DNA from: a virus
Virus record (IMG/VR): IMGVR_UViG_2513237085_000001
Location: 1,496-65,495 of that record
DNA length: 64,000 nt
Reading direction: 5' to 3' (one strand)
This document shows, piece after piece, positions 44,655-53,050 of this stretch (its first letter is position 1; every line of letters begins with the position of its first letter). The notes under the pieces were generated by a model, which was given only the letters and a program-made list of their open reading frames with translations, made no database searches and had not been told where the DNA came from. The translations under genes and the position numbers were made by a program.

Positions 44655-45526
44655 CGGCGCGTCCTCCAAACTTCATCGGGGTCGATGCCGTCCGCTGCCA
44701 TCTGCTCAAGCGCTGTAGCTTGGCGAGCGTCATGGTTGGCCCAATGCTCGGCGTGCTTCTCCGGTCCCCATTGAGCCCACACGTCTGCACGATCGTACTT
44801 GTCGGCGAATTCTTTCGACTGCCGCCACTGCAGGGCATAGGTCGGCCAAGCCCGAGTGAGGGTGACCTTCTTCTTGCCGCCCTCCGTCAGTTGGCCCGTA
44901 CAGACGCGGGCGATCCAGCTTTTGCAGTCGACCTTGGCCGCTGCGATGACGTAATCATGCGGGCAGACTTGAAACGATCTGAAGCCGGTCTCCGAGAAAA
45001 ACGGCTTATCCCACTCAATGATCCGAGCATCACCGCCGCAGATGCCGAACATGCCAGCGTAGCTGAAATCCACGCGGCATCCGGCGATCTCAAGCTCAAA
45101 GCGACCCTTCTGGCCGAAGAGAGGGGCTGCACCATCGTCGGCCTTCATGGAATCCATCAGCCATGTCCATGCCGCGTGAAGGCAATCAAACCGCTCGTTT
45201 CCGCGCGGCGGCCCGCTTCGCTCTCCTTCTTCCGTCGTCATGCCGAAGGCGTGCTCGCCGATCGCGCGCAGCCGATTGGCAGCGCCGACCATGCCGTCAT
45301 AGTCAGCAGATCGAACGGCGGCGTCATAACCTGTTAGTTCGGCCCATGCCCGATTGAGGATGCCCGCATCATCCGACGGCAGACTCGATCGGTACGCCAT
45401 GCGCGCCAGTCGGTTGTCGCGCTGCTCGATGTCCCAAGCGGAGAGCTTAACTTTGGCTGCCACTGGGGGCTTCACAGGAACCGGCGGCGTTACCATGAGA
45501 TCGAATAGTGAGAGCTGCTGCATCAT
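44651..45526 (-). CDS. Hypothetical phage protein
   Basis: 291-aa ORF in the operon, coupled stop. Confidence 0.7.
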   Translation of the reverse strand: MMQQLSLFDLMVTPPVPVKPPVAAKVKLSAWDIEQRDNRLARMAYRSSLPSDDAGILNRAWAELTGYDAAVRSADYDGMVGAANRLRAIGEHAFGMTTEEGERSGPPRGNERFDCLHAAWTWLMDSMKADDGAAPLFGQKGRFELEIAGCRVDFSYAGMFGICGGDARIIEWDKPFFSETGFRSFQVCPHDYVIAAAKVDCKSWIARVCTGQLTEGGKKKVTLTRAWPTYALQWRQSKEFADKYDRADVWAQWGPEKHAEHWANHDARQATALEQMAADGIDPDEVWRTRR

Positions 45527-45530
45527 GTCA

Positions 45531-46748
45531 TCACATCAACAATGGCTGGACAGATCCGTCGGCGAAGACGGCATCCATTGGCGTGTCAGCCGTCGGCTCA
45601 TCGCCGCCCCAGCCGTTCGGCCAGGTTCCGAGTGCGATCAGCTCGCGAATGCGGTTCTCTTCCTCGGCATTGATGAGATCGACGTGCGGTCGGCCTAGGC
45701 GGGCCGCATCAAGGTTGATCTCGGATTGAATGGAGAGGATGCGGTCGAGCGCCATCAGGCGGGCGTCGAAAGTGAGCGGTCCCATGCGCTGCTTGTTCTT
45801 GGCCGTGGCGATATCGCCATTCTCGTCAATGCCAGTTTTCTTCAGGCGATGGCGAGGCTCGCGCAGTTCGCGATAAAGGGGCTTGAGGCCGAGCAGCGGC
45901 GAGATATACGACCAGAACGGAACGCGGATCACAGTTTCTAGGCCAAGATCGCGGGCGGCAAGCGGGCAACCGTTGCAGCCTGTGCGGGCGTTGATCTCCT
46001 GCGCCTCGTCACCGCCGTAGGCATCGACCACAGCTACCGTGTCCCAGGCTCCGTACTCTTCCATCCGCGCATAGATCTTGAGCCAGTCGAAGACGTTGCA
46101 GACCCGCCAGTGCAGGATAGGCGCCAGCGTGGCGATCCGGCCCTTAATGCCCTTCGCCTCAGGCACGACCTGCTGATACCAGCCCTGCCCGCACTCAGCG
46201 CCGTCCTTTCCGCACGACATTGCGATGCGCCCGTCGCGTATCGCGCTCTCGCCCTGGCGCACACCGGTGATCATAAGTACCGACCCGTCGAGCTCGTCGA
46301 TGCGGCGCTCTAAGGCAGCCGTCATCGGATCGACTTTGATCTGACGGGTGCACCAACGGAAGGTGTTGTTGTTCGGAGGCGGGACGCCGCGGCCGAGCAT
46401 ATAGACGAGGAAACGCTGATCCATTGGAGCACATACGGTCTCGCAATGGATGCCGCGAGCCCGGAGGCGATCGAGGAGACGAGCTGCTGCGATCGACAGC
46501 GGCGGAAGCTCCATCCGCGTGTCGGCATACAGAACCGAGATCGACCTCGGCGCCGGCAGCCGACCGGCGTCGATCAGGTGGATGATGACCGTCAACGCGG
46601 CGGTGCTGTCCTTACCGCCGGAGAACGCAAACACCCAATGATCGTGCGTCGGCCCATAGGCCTGCATCGATTGTAGCGTCATCTCGACGGCTTCGTCGTA
46701 AACGAGGCGCTTGGCACCTTCGAAGAGGGTCGGCTGATGGACGCTCAT
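45531..46748 (-). CDS. PAPS-reductase family (DndC-like) protein
   Basis: Start MSVHQP; PP-loop FSGGKDS, RWCT..IKVDP, ITGVRQGES..RD, RTGCNGCP. Confidence 0.85.
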   Translation of the reverse strand: MSVHQPTLFEGAKRLVYDEAVEMTLQSMQAYGPTHDHWVFAFSGGKDSTAALTVIIHLIDAGRLPAPRSISVLYADTRMELPPLSIAAARLLDRLRARGIHCETVCAPMDQRFLVYMLGRGVPPPNNNTFRWCTRQIKVDPMTAALERRIDELDGSVLMITGVRQGESAIRDGRIAMSCGKDGAECGQGWYQQVVPEAKGIKGRIATLAPILHWRVCNVFDWLKIYARMEEYGAWDTVAVVDAYGGDEAQEINARTGCNGCPLAARDLGLETVIRVPFWSYISPLLGLKPLYRELREPRHRLKKTGIDENGDIATAKNKQRMGPLTFDARLMALDRILSIQSEINLDAARLGRPHVDLINAEEENRIRELIALGTWPNGWGGDEPTADTPMDAVFADGSVQPLLM

Positions 46749-46802
46749 TGCTTGTCCTCGTCCTTCAACTCCGGGCAAACCCACTCGGCAAGGCCGGCAG
46801 CC

Positions 46803-47195
46803 TTATCCCGGAGCCACATCGCGATCGCGTGCCGCCGATCGAAGCTGAGCCATCTGACGAAGACGCTCGGTTTTGGCTTTGTATTCGGCATGGCTGTCCC
46901 TCGCGTTTCTCAGTGCTTCCGCCGTCTCGTAGAGCTCCACCATCTGGAAGTGCCTTACGGTCCGGCTTTCGTTGTTCCACCACCCCCGCAGGCGGCGTTC
47001 CGTCCATTGATTTTCTGGGTCTTCGTGGTGGGGAAAGCGCTTCCGCAGCTCTTTGCAGGCGGTGCGGAACATGTCGCCGATATGGCGCCTCGCTCCGATC
47101 TCCTCGACCAAGAAATTTGCTGTTGCTACATCGTCCATACGCCTACTCACGCCCTGTTTTGGGTTCCCCGAATTTCCGGGTGACTTTTCCGGCAT
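46803..47195 (-). CDS. Hypothetical regulator (cII-position protein)
   Basis: WTERRLRGWW HTH-like segment; position downstream of cro. Confidence 0.55.
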   Translation of the reverse strand: MPEKSPGNSGNPKQGVSRRMDDVATANFLVEEIGARRHIGDMFRTACKELRKRFPHHEDPENQWTERRLRGWWNNESRTVRHFQMVELYETAEALRNARDSHAEYKAKTERLRQMAQLRSAARDRDVAPG

Positions 47196-47243
47196 TTCCT
47201 TTTTCTCCTGTGCGATCTTCGCCCTTGTTCAGAGGAGCTACAG

Positions 47244-47528
47244 ATGCGCAGGACCGATGCTGAAAACGACAAAGGAGAAAGCCTTGCAGGGCCTTCGCCC
47301 TTTGTCGCCGGCCCGCCGTCTGGGCATGCCGTCATTCCATTTCGCAGAGCCGACACTTCCGCCGCGTTAGTCGGGTCTGCTGCAGGTGGCGATCCGCCGT
47401 CGCCACCTGCTAATTTCGAAAGCCTGGGTTCCGCCACTCAAGCCGTCGTCATGCGACTGGCGAATAAACGGATCCGAATAAGGGTTGCTGGTCCAGGCGC
47501 TCGGGAGAATGACCTGGACCAGCTGTGA
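47244..47528 (+). CDS. Possible antisense small protein
   Basis: GAGGAG 6 nt before the ATG; fills a gap in the minus-strand operon; low-complexity product. Confidence 0.3.
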   Translation: MRRTDAENDKGESLAGPSPFVAGPPSGHAVIPFRRADTSAALVGSAAGGDPPSPPANFESLGSATQAVVMRLANKRIRIRVAGPGARENDLDQL

Positions 47529-47549
47529 CGAGCCTGGGGGGTGAGCTCA

Positions 47550-47708
47550 TCAATTCGAATTCGCGGGGTATCGGCTCCTGTAGCGTTCAACTTCCTCTTC
47601 CCTGCTGATGCTGCCGGAGTTGCGCGCCATGGCGAGAGCCAATGCGGTGCAGAGTAAGAAGGCGCCGATGATGAGCACCACACCGAGATGACCGAGAAAC
47701 GCGCTCAT
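47550..47708 (-). CDS. Small membrane protein (52 aa, not in ORF track)
   Basis: MSAFLGHLGVVLIIGAFLLCTALALAM...; ATGA overlap. Confidence 0.55.
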   Translation of the reverse strand: MSAFLGHLGVVLIIGAFLLCTALALAMARNSGSISREEEVERYRSRYPANSN

Positions 47709-47881
47709 GCCGCCCTCTCCCTAACTTCCGTTGGGTTTATCGCCGCGTCACAGCGTTCGCAGTGGCGCTCAATGATCTCGGGTATCGAGAGGACGCGGTC
47801 GCATGTCGGGCAGCAGTGAAACGTCGCGAAACGAACGTTCTGCTTCTGAATTCGGCGTGCCGCATCGATGGCGACTGTCAT
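47705..47881 (-). CDS. Small zinc-ribbon protein (58 aa, not in ORF track)
   Basis: CPTC...CERC; ATGA overlaps at both ends. Confidence 0.6.
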   Translation of the reverse strand: MTVAIDAARRIQKQNVRFATFHCCPTCDRVLSIPEIIERHCERCDAAINPTEVRERAA

Positions 47882-48198
47882 GGACGTGCCTCCAAAAATT
47901 CGTGTTTGGTGATCATGAAAGGCTGATGGCCGTGGGCGACGAGAACCTCGTCGATCGCCTTGATCGCGGCGGTCCTGGTAAGGCGTTTCGGTCGGCCCTT
48001 CTCACCAATCTTGCGGACGATGTAGAAGGACTTGTCAATCTTCACCTCGTAACCAAAGGCCTGAAGAAGATCTCTCAGGTAGCTCCAATCGCTGGTAAAT
48101 CCGCGTTTAAACTCTCGAACCGCGCCGCCGCTTGCGGTGAAGTCGATGATCATGGCCGTAAGCTCGGATCGGGATTTGATGTACGGGGCCGTGATCAT
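47878..48198 (-). CDS. Hypothetical protein
   Basis: Coupled ORF, 106 aa. Confidence 0.6.
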   Translation of the reverse strand: MITAPYIKSRSELTAMIIDFTASGGAVREFKRGFTSDWSYLRDLLQAFGYEVKIDKSFYIVRKIGEKGRPKRLTRTAAIKAIDEVLVAHGHQPFMITKHEFLEARP

Positions 48199-49466
48199 GC
48201 TGCCACCACCTCGTCAGAGGTCGGCGCGAGATGAAATGCTGCCCAGATATCGTCGGAACGGTGCGGGACGACCTTCGCCAAGGCGGTCGCAATCTTGTGC
48301 TCCTGCTGTGGCGTCCAGTCGCGCGACGAGCGCTGCCAGCGGATCACATCAAGCAGAACATCATCACCACTGTAACTCATCACCGGATATTCGATGCCGA
48401 GCGATCTGGCTGCGTTGTAGCGGTTCCAACCGTCGACGATGACGTCTCCCATGCGGACGATCGGTTCCAGCACGCCATTCAAAGCGATATCGCCAGCGAG
48501 GCACTGATATGCGGTCTTCGAAAGTTCCGGGAAGCAGTGGGCATACGACAGGGCCTTCATCGGCATGCGTGGGCACGCTTCGAAGATGACGGCCGGATCG
48601 GATTCGACGAGCGATCCGGCCTGATATGTTGCGGCTTCACTCTGAGCGTTTACATGACCGCCTCCTGCGTTGGCGTCGACGCTGCCTGTAGTGGCCTCTT
48701 CAGCCTGTGGGCTTACGCGCTCGACGCTGGGGGCCTCGGCTTCACCATGAGCGGCCGGAGCGATGGGGTCGGCGGGATGGATCGCTATCTCGTCCTGCAT
48801 CCCGCCGGAGGCTCCAGCTTCTGGCGCCTCCCTGTCCGATCTGTTTTCAGTCTCGGGCCGGCCCAGAAAGGCTATACCGGGGCGAGAAATAGCAGCATCG
48901 GTTTTGGAATTGGCGGGGAGGTCAGCCGAAACCGCCTCCCCTTCGTGGCGGCCCTCACGACCCGCAAGCAACTCGCTCCCTATGCCGGCTGGGGAAGGCT
49001 TGTCTTGCGGAACTGCCTTCGAGCATGGCTTGTCGTTTTCCGAGGGCCTCGGTGCATTCTGTTCTTCCGCATCTTCTCGGGCGATCATGATGTCGACAGC
49101 AGCGATCAGCGCCTTGCGGCCGATCTCGGTCTGCATGCCGGTAACGATGGTCTGGGCGAGCTTGGGATCAATGATCTCGCCCGTTTCTGGATGATGCGGC
49201 TCTTCGAAGAGATCGGGCTGCGCGAGCATGCCGAGGGCGTGGAGATAGGTGTCGAGCACCGCCTCCTCCTCCATGCGCTGCTGCTCGTCCTTCTTCCGAA
49301 GAGCGATGACACGCTTCATGATGACGGTATCGAAGCCCATGCCTTTCGCTTCGCCGTACACATCCTTGATGTCGTCGGCGATGGTCTTCTTTTCTTCTTC
49401 GAGGCGCTCGATGCGCTCGATGAAGGCACGGAGCTGGTCGCGGGCTACGCCGTGTGCGTCGGTCAT
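48195..49466 (-). CDS. GapR-like (DUF2312) domain fused to a ParB/Srx-like domain
   Basis: N-terminal [36 protein letters not shown]...YLHALGM; C-terminal FPEL...[12 protein letters not shown]...[10 protein letters not shown]. Confidence 0.85.
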   Translation of the reverse strand: MTDAHGVARDQLRAFIERIERLEEEKKTIADDIKDVYGEAKGMGFDTVIMKRVIALRKKDEQQRMEEEAVLDTYLHALGMLAQPDLFEEPHHPETGEIIDPKLAQTIVTGMQTEIGRKALIAAVDIMIAREDAEEQNAPRPSENDKPCSKAVPQDKPSPAGIGSELLAGREGRHEGEAVSADLPANSKTDAAISRPGIAFLGRPETENRSDREAPEAGASGGMQDEIAIHPADPIAPAAHGEAEAPSVERVSPQAEEATTGSVDANAGGGHVNAQSEAATYQAGSLVESDPAVIFEACPRMPMKALSYAHCFPELSKTAYQCLAGDIALNGVLEPIVRMGDVIVDGWNRYNAARSLGIEYPVMSYSGDDVLLDVIRWQRSSRDWTPQQEHKIATALAKVVPHRSDDIWAAFHLAPTSDEVVAA

Positions 49467-49469
49467 TGT

Positions 49470-49733
49470 TCAACCCTCGGATTCGCGGATGCCACTAAGG
49501 TCCATCGCCAGTCCGCCCGGCGTCATCCTCATGCGGCGATTGTTGAGATACCGCTCGACGAGCCCGGCCTCTTCCAGCCTGCTCCAAGTCAAGCGCATGA
49601 CCGGCGCGCGCTGTCCGGCAGCAACGAAAACCTGATTGCGATCGAAGACACCGTCTCCGCCGCGATTTCGAAGCCACTTGAGAGCGGATTGCTGCGCATC
49701 GGTGATGGCGATGGTCTGGACGGCGGCGGTCAT
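49470..49733 (-). CDS. Small winged-helix-like hypothetical protein
   Basis: TWSRLEEAGLVER...MRMTPGG pattern; coupled start. Confidence 0.55.
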   Translation of the reverse strand: MTAAVQTIAITDAQQSALKWLRNRGGDGVFDRNQVFVAAGQRAPVMRLTWSRLEEAGLVERYLNNRRMRMTPGGLAMDLSGIRESEG

Positions 49734-50239
49734 GCTGCCACCTGCAATGTCTGGCGGTGTAGCTCGGCAATGAAAGCCGGGAGGAGATCATCGCGCAGCA
49801 GCCTATGGAAGATCACGCGCGCCGAGATGCCGAAACCGTCGCGCGACTGGTATCTGACCGCCTGCTCAAAGGTGAGAAAGCTATTGTATCCGAGAGCTGA
49901 GAAGCACTTGTCTCGCCCGCCGAACTCTTCCACCAGCGCGGGCAGGTCATACCTTGGAGCATCGCCCATCTGCTCAGGAACCCAAGCAGGCCGGGCTTCC
50001 AATGCACCCAGAATGAACTTCCAAATTGGCGCGCATGACATGAACCAATCGCGATCAATTCGAATGGGGTTGAAACAATTATGAAGAACGGCCTCGCCCA
50101 ACAGGGACCCTTCGATCTCGAGAACGACTTCAACGCCGCCCGGGAGCCAAGTACCAAGCGTGCGACGGCGAGCATCGACGTTCTTGGAGGAGCCAATGCG
50201 GATAGGGCCGCCGTTTTTAGGCTGGGCAAAGTAGATCAT
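49730..50239 (-). CDS. GIY-YIG-like T5orf172/MUG113 domain protein
   Basis: IYFAQ...IRIGSSKNVDARR...EAVLHNCF...RIDRDWF. Confidence 0.78.
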   Translation of the reverse strand: MIYFAQPKNGGPIRIGSSKNVDARRRTLGTWLPGGVEVVLEIEGSLLGEAVLHNCFNPIRIDRDWFMSCAPIWKFILGALEARPAWVPEQMGDAPRYDLPALVEEFGGRDKCFSALGYNSFLTFEQAVRYQSRDGFGISARVIFHRLLRDDLLPAFIAELHRQTLQVAA

Positions 50240-50436
50240 GCTGCGACCCCGGTCGGATATGCTTCCATCGCAGCCAAGATCCGCTGGCGAGTTTGCGTGC
50301 GCGGCTCGCGACCGTCCCGCAGCTGGAAGACGAACAGCGGATCGCCGGCGAACTGCTTGCCGAACTGGGTAGGCGTCATTGCCTGTTCGGCGATGAAGCT
50401 CTCCACCTTGGCCTTGAATGCGTCGATCTCTGTCAC
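50236..50436 (-). CDS. cro: Cro-like HTH protein
   Basis: 66 aa, divergent from cI; MTPTQFGKQFAGDPLFVFQLRDGREPR HTH. Confidence 0.8.
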   Translation of the reverse strand: MTEIDAFKAKVESFIAEQAMTPTQFGKQFAGDPLFVFQLRDGREPRTQTRQRILAAMEAYPTGVAA

Positions 50437-50445
50437 TGCCAGACT

Positions 50446-50531
50446 TCCTACTAGGACTATTCCTATTACGATAGGTACATTCCTATTAGATTGCTGTCAA
50501 TTCCTATGGCAGTGATTTTTTATGGATAGGA
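50446..50531. promoter_or_regulatory. oR/pR region with repeated CCTA/TAGG operator half-sites
   Basis: Multiple TTCCTAT/ATAGG half-sites (TCCTA-C-TAGGA, CCTAT-TACG-ATAGG); TTGACA on the minus strand at 50500-50495. Confidence 0.75.
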
Positions 50532-51202
50532 TTCGAAAACTCATCGAGGGTCGTCGCCTCGAAAGAAACCTGGATTACAAGGAGCTTTCCGAGGCGCTCG
50601 GGAAGAACCACGCCTATGTGCAGCAATACATAAAGCGCGGGATACCGAGCGAGTTGAAGGAAAAGGATCTCCGCAAGCTCGCTGAACTGCTCGATCTTGA
50701 GGACGAGTTGTTAGGGTCGCCCTCCTCGGCGCCGGACAAGGAAGAGGGTGAAGGCAACATCGACGAGATTGACGTGACGGCTGGCCTCGGCGGAGGTGGC
50801 CTTTCCATTATCGAGAACACGACCAGAAACGGCATAACCTTCCACAAGGAAGCCGTTCGAGACGTCTGGCGCCTGCCGGAATGGATGCTCAGCCGCTTCA
50901 ACGCGAGGCCGCAGCATATAAAAGCGTTCCCGTCACAAGGGGATTCGATGCTACCGACGATCGACGACGGAGACGTAGTCTTCGTCGACACTCGCCACCG
51001 CGTCCCCTCACCGCCTGGCATCTATGCCCTGGCCGACGAATTCGGCGGCGTCGTCGTCAAGCGCCTCGAGGTGGTATCGAGGCCGGGCGACGAGATCATC
51101 ACCGTTCAGGTTTCCTCAGACAACCCGCGCCACACGACCCGGACGCTGACGATCGATGAAATCCAGATTATCGGTCGCTATATCGGCCGCTTCACGATTT
51201 GA
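50522..51202 (+). CDS. cI: CI-like repressor (HTH plus S24 autopeptidase)
   Basis: HTH YKELSEALGKNHAYVQQYI; cleavage site TAGLG; catalytic GDSMLP and VVKRL. Confidence 0.93.
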   Translation: MDRIRKLIEGRRLERNLDYKELSEALGKNHAYVQQYIKRGIPSELKEKDLRKLAELLDLEDELLGSPSSAPDKEEGEGNIDEIDVTAGLGGGGLSIIENTTRNGITFHKEAVRDVWRLPEWMLSRFNARPQHIKAFPSQGDSMLPTIDDGDVVFVDTRHRVPSPPGIYALADEFGGVVVKRLEVVSRPGDEIITVQVSSDNPRHTTRTLTIDEIQIIGRYIGRFTI

Positions 51203-51548
51203 GAAATCGCTCTTCGCGCGTCCGGATATCGGCCACGACGATCCCGACCACCGCCTCGCAGAATTGCCGCCTCGCCAGGCGGTGCCGAGCATAGTGCGGG
51301 TTTTCTCGCGTTAAAAGCAACTCGCCCGCCGGTCCGAGAGTGTTCGAAACCCTGAACAGCTCTATTCCGAGCCCCACATCCACCAGATAAATTCCCTCCC
51401 CCTCATAACTGGTCACTGGAGCAGCCAGGACATAATCCCGGCCGCCGCGGAGTTCCGGCTCCATCCCGTCACCAACGACAGGATGAACGCGGAACCGTCC
51501 AGATAAAACGTCTTCTGAAGATGTGAGGGAGGAAAACAAATCAGTCAT
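51192..51548 (-). CDS. Stand-alone S24-like domain, catalytic residues missing
   Basis: VVGDGMEP (Ser to Gly), GEGIYLV, IELFRV where KR is expected, RENPHY; convergent with cI and overlapping its stop. Confidence 0.7.
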   Translation of the reverse strand: MTDLFSSLTSSEDVLSGRFRVHPVVGDGMEPELRGGRDYVLAAPVTSYEGEGIYLVDVGLGIELFRVSNTLGPAGELLLTRENPHYARHRLARRQFCEAVVGIVVADIRTREERFLKS

Positions 51549-51670
51549 TTCTCTGCTCCATGGCACTTGGCAGTGCTCTTTTAAGTATGAAGAAACGAAC
51601 ATAACGCCGTCTGCGTGTATGGCCACTGGCCAATATTTATTTGGTTAAGCGCGCCTTGTATGCGTTTTGC

Positions 51671-51949
51671 ATGAGCGATCAGAGCCCCAGCCGTCTTCTA
51701 AACAAAATCATTATTCGCGTCCCCGACGGCATGCGCGACCGGATCAAGCGCGTCGCCGATTCTAACAACCGGTCCGTGAACGCTGAATTGCTTGTTCTCC
51801 TTGATCGCACTTACCCAGACGAAACCAAGCTCGACGAACACCTGCAGGATATCGCCGAGCTCGTGGGCAAACTTCCGGCTGAAAAAAGAGCGCACGTTTG
51901 GCGCACTGTATTCGACAGGCTAGTTGCGTTGCGAAATGAGACAACCTAG
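51671..51949 (+). CDS. Arc-family ribbon-helix-helix protein
   Basis: KIIIRVPDGMRDRIKRVADSNNRSVNAELLVLL. Confidence 0.88.
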   Translation: MSDQSPSRLLNKIIIRVPDGMRDRIKRVADSNNRSVNAELLVLLDRTYPDETKLDEHLQDIAELVGKLPAEKRAHVWRTVFDRLVALRNETT

Positions 51950-51983
51950 CCCCTGTTGCTGATCTAAAGATACTCCCCCTTTT

Positions 51984-52019
51984 AGCGCCGGTCGGATCAT
52001 CCCGCCGGCGCTTTTCTTT
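51984..52019 (+). terminator. Intrinsic terminator after the Arc gene
   Basis: AGCGCCGG...CCGGCGCT 8-bp stem followed by TTTCTTT. Confidence 0.75.
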
Positions 52020-52031
52020 GCCCAAAATAAA

Positions 52032-52102
52032 ATTCCTACCGCAATAGGCTAATTCCTATTTTTCCTATTGACAGCAAAATAGGAATTTTCCTATAGTCCT
52101 AT
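52032..52102 (+). promoter_or_regulatory. oL/pL promoter with operators
   Basis: TTGACA (52068-52073), 18-bp spacer, TATAGT (52092-52097); TTCCTAT...ATAGGAA inverted repeats straddle the -35; ATAGGAA-TT-TTCCTAT palindrome. Confidence 0.82.
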
Positions 52103-52134
52103 CCATCAACGAAACGCCACGGCGCGAGGATGGA

Positions 52135-52368
52135 ATGACCGAGCAGAAGAAAATTCGAGCGATCCTTGGCGACGAGCCTCACCGTGATGGCGAATACCCG
52201 ATGGCTCATATTGTCGGCTTTTCCGGCGTCACGCGCATCGAAGAAGATACCGAGAACCTTGGTAGCTACGGCATCCACTGGTTCTTCGTCTACGCCGGTG
52301 ACGATCTGCTCTATCGGGTCAACGCCCTGTCTGTCGCATCTGTCGAACTTTTCAAGGCGGGTGCGTGA
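52135..52368 (+). CDS. Hypothetical protein (first pL gene)
   Basis: GAGGATGG RBS; coupled stop. Confidence 0.65.
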   Translation: MTEQKKIRAILGDEPHRDGEYPMAHIVGFSGVTRIEEDTENLGSYGIHWFFVYAGDDLLYRVNALSVASVELFKAGA

Positions 52369-52625
52369 TGCAGCACATTCGCTCCATAGAAACTGAACAG
52401 TCCAAGCGCGATGCCCGCTGGAATGCAGCCCGCACCATCGCTGACTGCAACGCCTACATGGCGATCGAGGCTCAGTCTCACGCCCGCCTCGCCGCTCCTT
52501 TCATCGAAAGCAACATGTGGCGCGGCCCGAACTGGCTGCGTGGCGTAACGGCGGCCCGTTCGGAGCGCTACCGCTACGCCCGCGAGATCATGAACATCCG
52601 GGATGAGGATCAGCTCTATGCGTAA
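52365..52625 (+). CDS. Hypothetical protein, paralogue A (ends DQLYA)
   Basis: C-terminus shared with the next gene. Confidence 0.65.
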   Translation: MMQHIRSIETEQSKRDARWNAARTIADCNAYMAIEAQSHARLAAPFIESNMWRGPNWLRGVTAARSERYRYAREIMNIRDEDQLYA

Positions 52626-52827
52626 CAATGCTGAACGTCTCGCTGCTCTCCATCAGCTCAGCGCCGCCGAAGAGGCTGGCAATGTTCGCTATGGGATCAG
52701 CGTTCACCCGGCGATTGTCGTCGCCATCAAAGATCGCATCGCCGGACACCAGCACTGGGCATCGCGCTACGCCGCCTATGCCCGTGAGCAGATGGGCATT
52801 TCCGATGGGGATCAGCTCTATGCGTGA
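52618..52827 (+). CDS. Hypothetical protein, paralogue B (ends DQLYA)
   Basis: Start within ATGCGTAA overlap; C-terminus shared with the previous gene. Confidence 0.6.
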   Translation: MRNNAERLAALHQLSAAEEAGNVRYGISVHPAIVVAIKDRIAGHQHWASRYAAYAREQMGISDGDQLYA

Positions 52828-53050
52828 CGACCTCTCGGATATCCAGATCCGCCTCGCTGACATCAACCGTCGCGCCGCCCCTGTTCTCGAAGGGCACGCC
52901 CGCCTTACCGGCGCGGTCAACAAGGCCGTCACCCTTGTCCTCACCATTGCTGCCGTCGGCTTGCTGACGGTCGTATCCCTCATGCCCACCGAGCAACAGC
53001 TCAAATCCCACGCGCTCGACAATCAGGAGCAGATTACATGGCAGAAGTGA
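52820..53050 (+). CDS. Small membrane protein
   Basis: Start MRDDLSD within ATGCGTGA overlap; one TM segment. Confidence 0.6.
   Translation: MRDDLSDIQIRLADINRRAAPVLEGHARLTGAVNKAVTLVLTIAAVGLLTVVSLMPTEQQLKSHALDNQEQITWQK

Noticed and set aside
45531-46748. Complete Dnd phosphorothioation system
   Set aside because: Only a DndC-like PP-loop protein is present; no DndA/B/D/E or Ssp genes were recognised.
46745-46819. 24-aa ORF (MWLRDKAAG...) coupled to the PAPS-reductase start
   Set aside because: Too short to support from sequence alone; noted but not called.
52602-52825. CRISPR array or att site from the 22-bp direct repeat
   Set aside because: Only two copies about 200 bp apart, both coding; no cas genes or integrase nearby.
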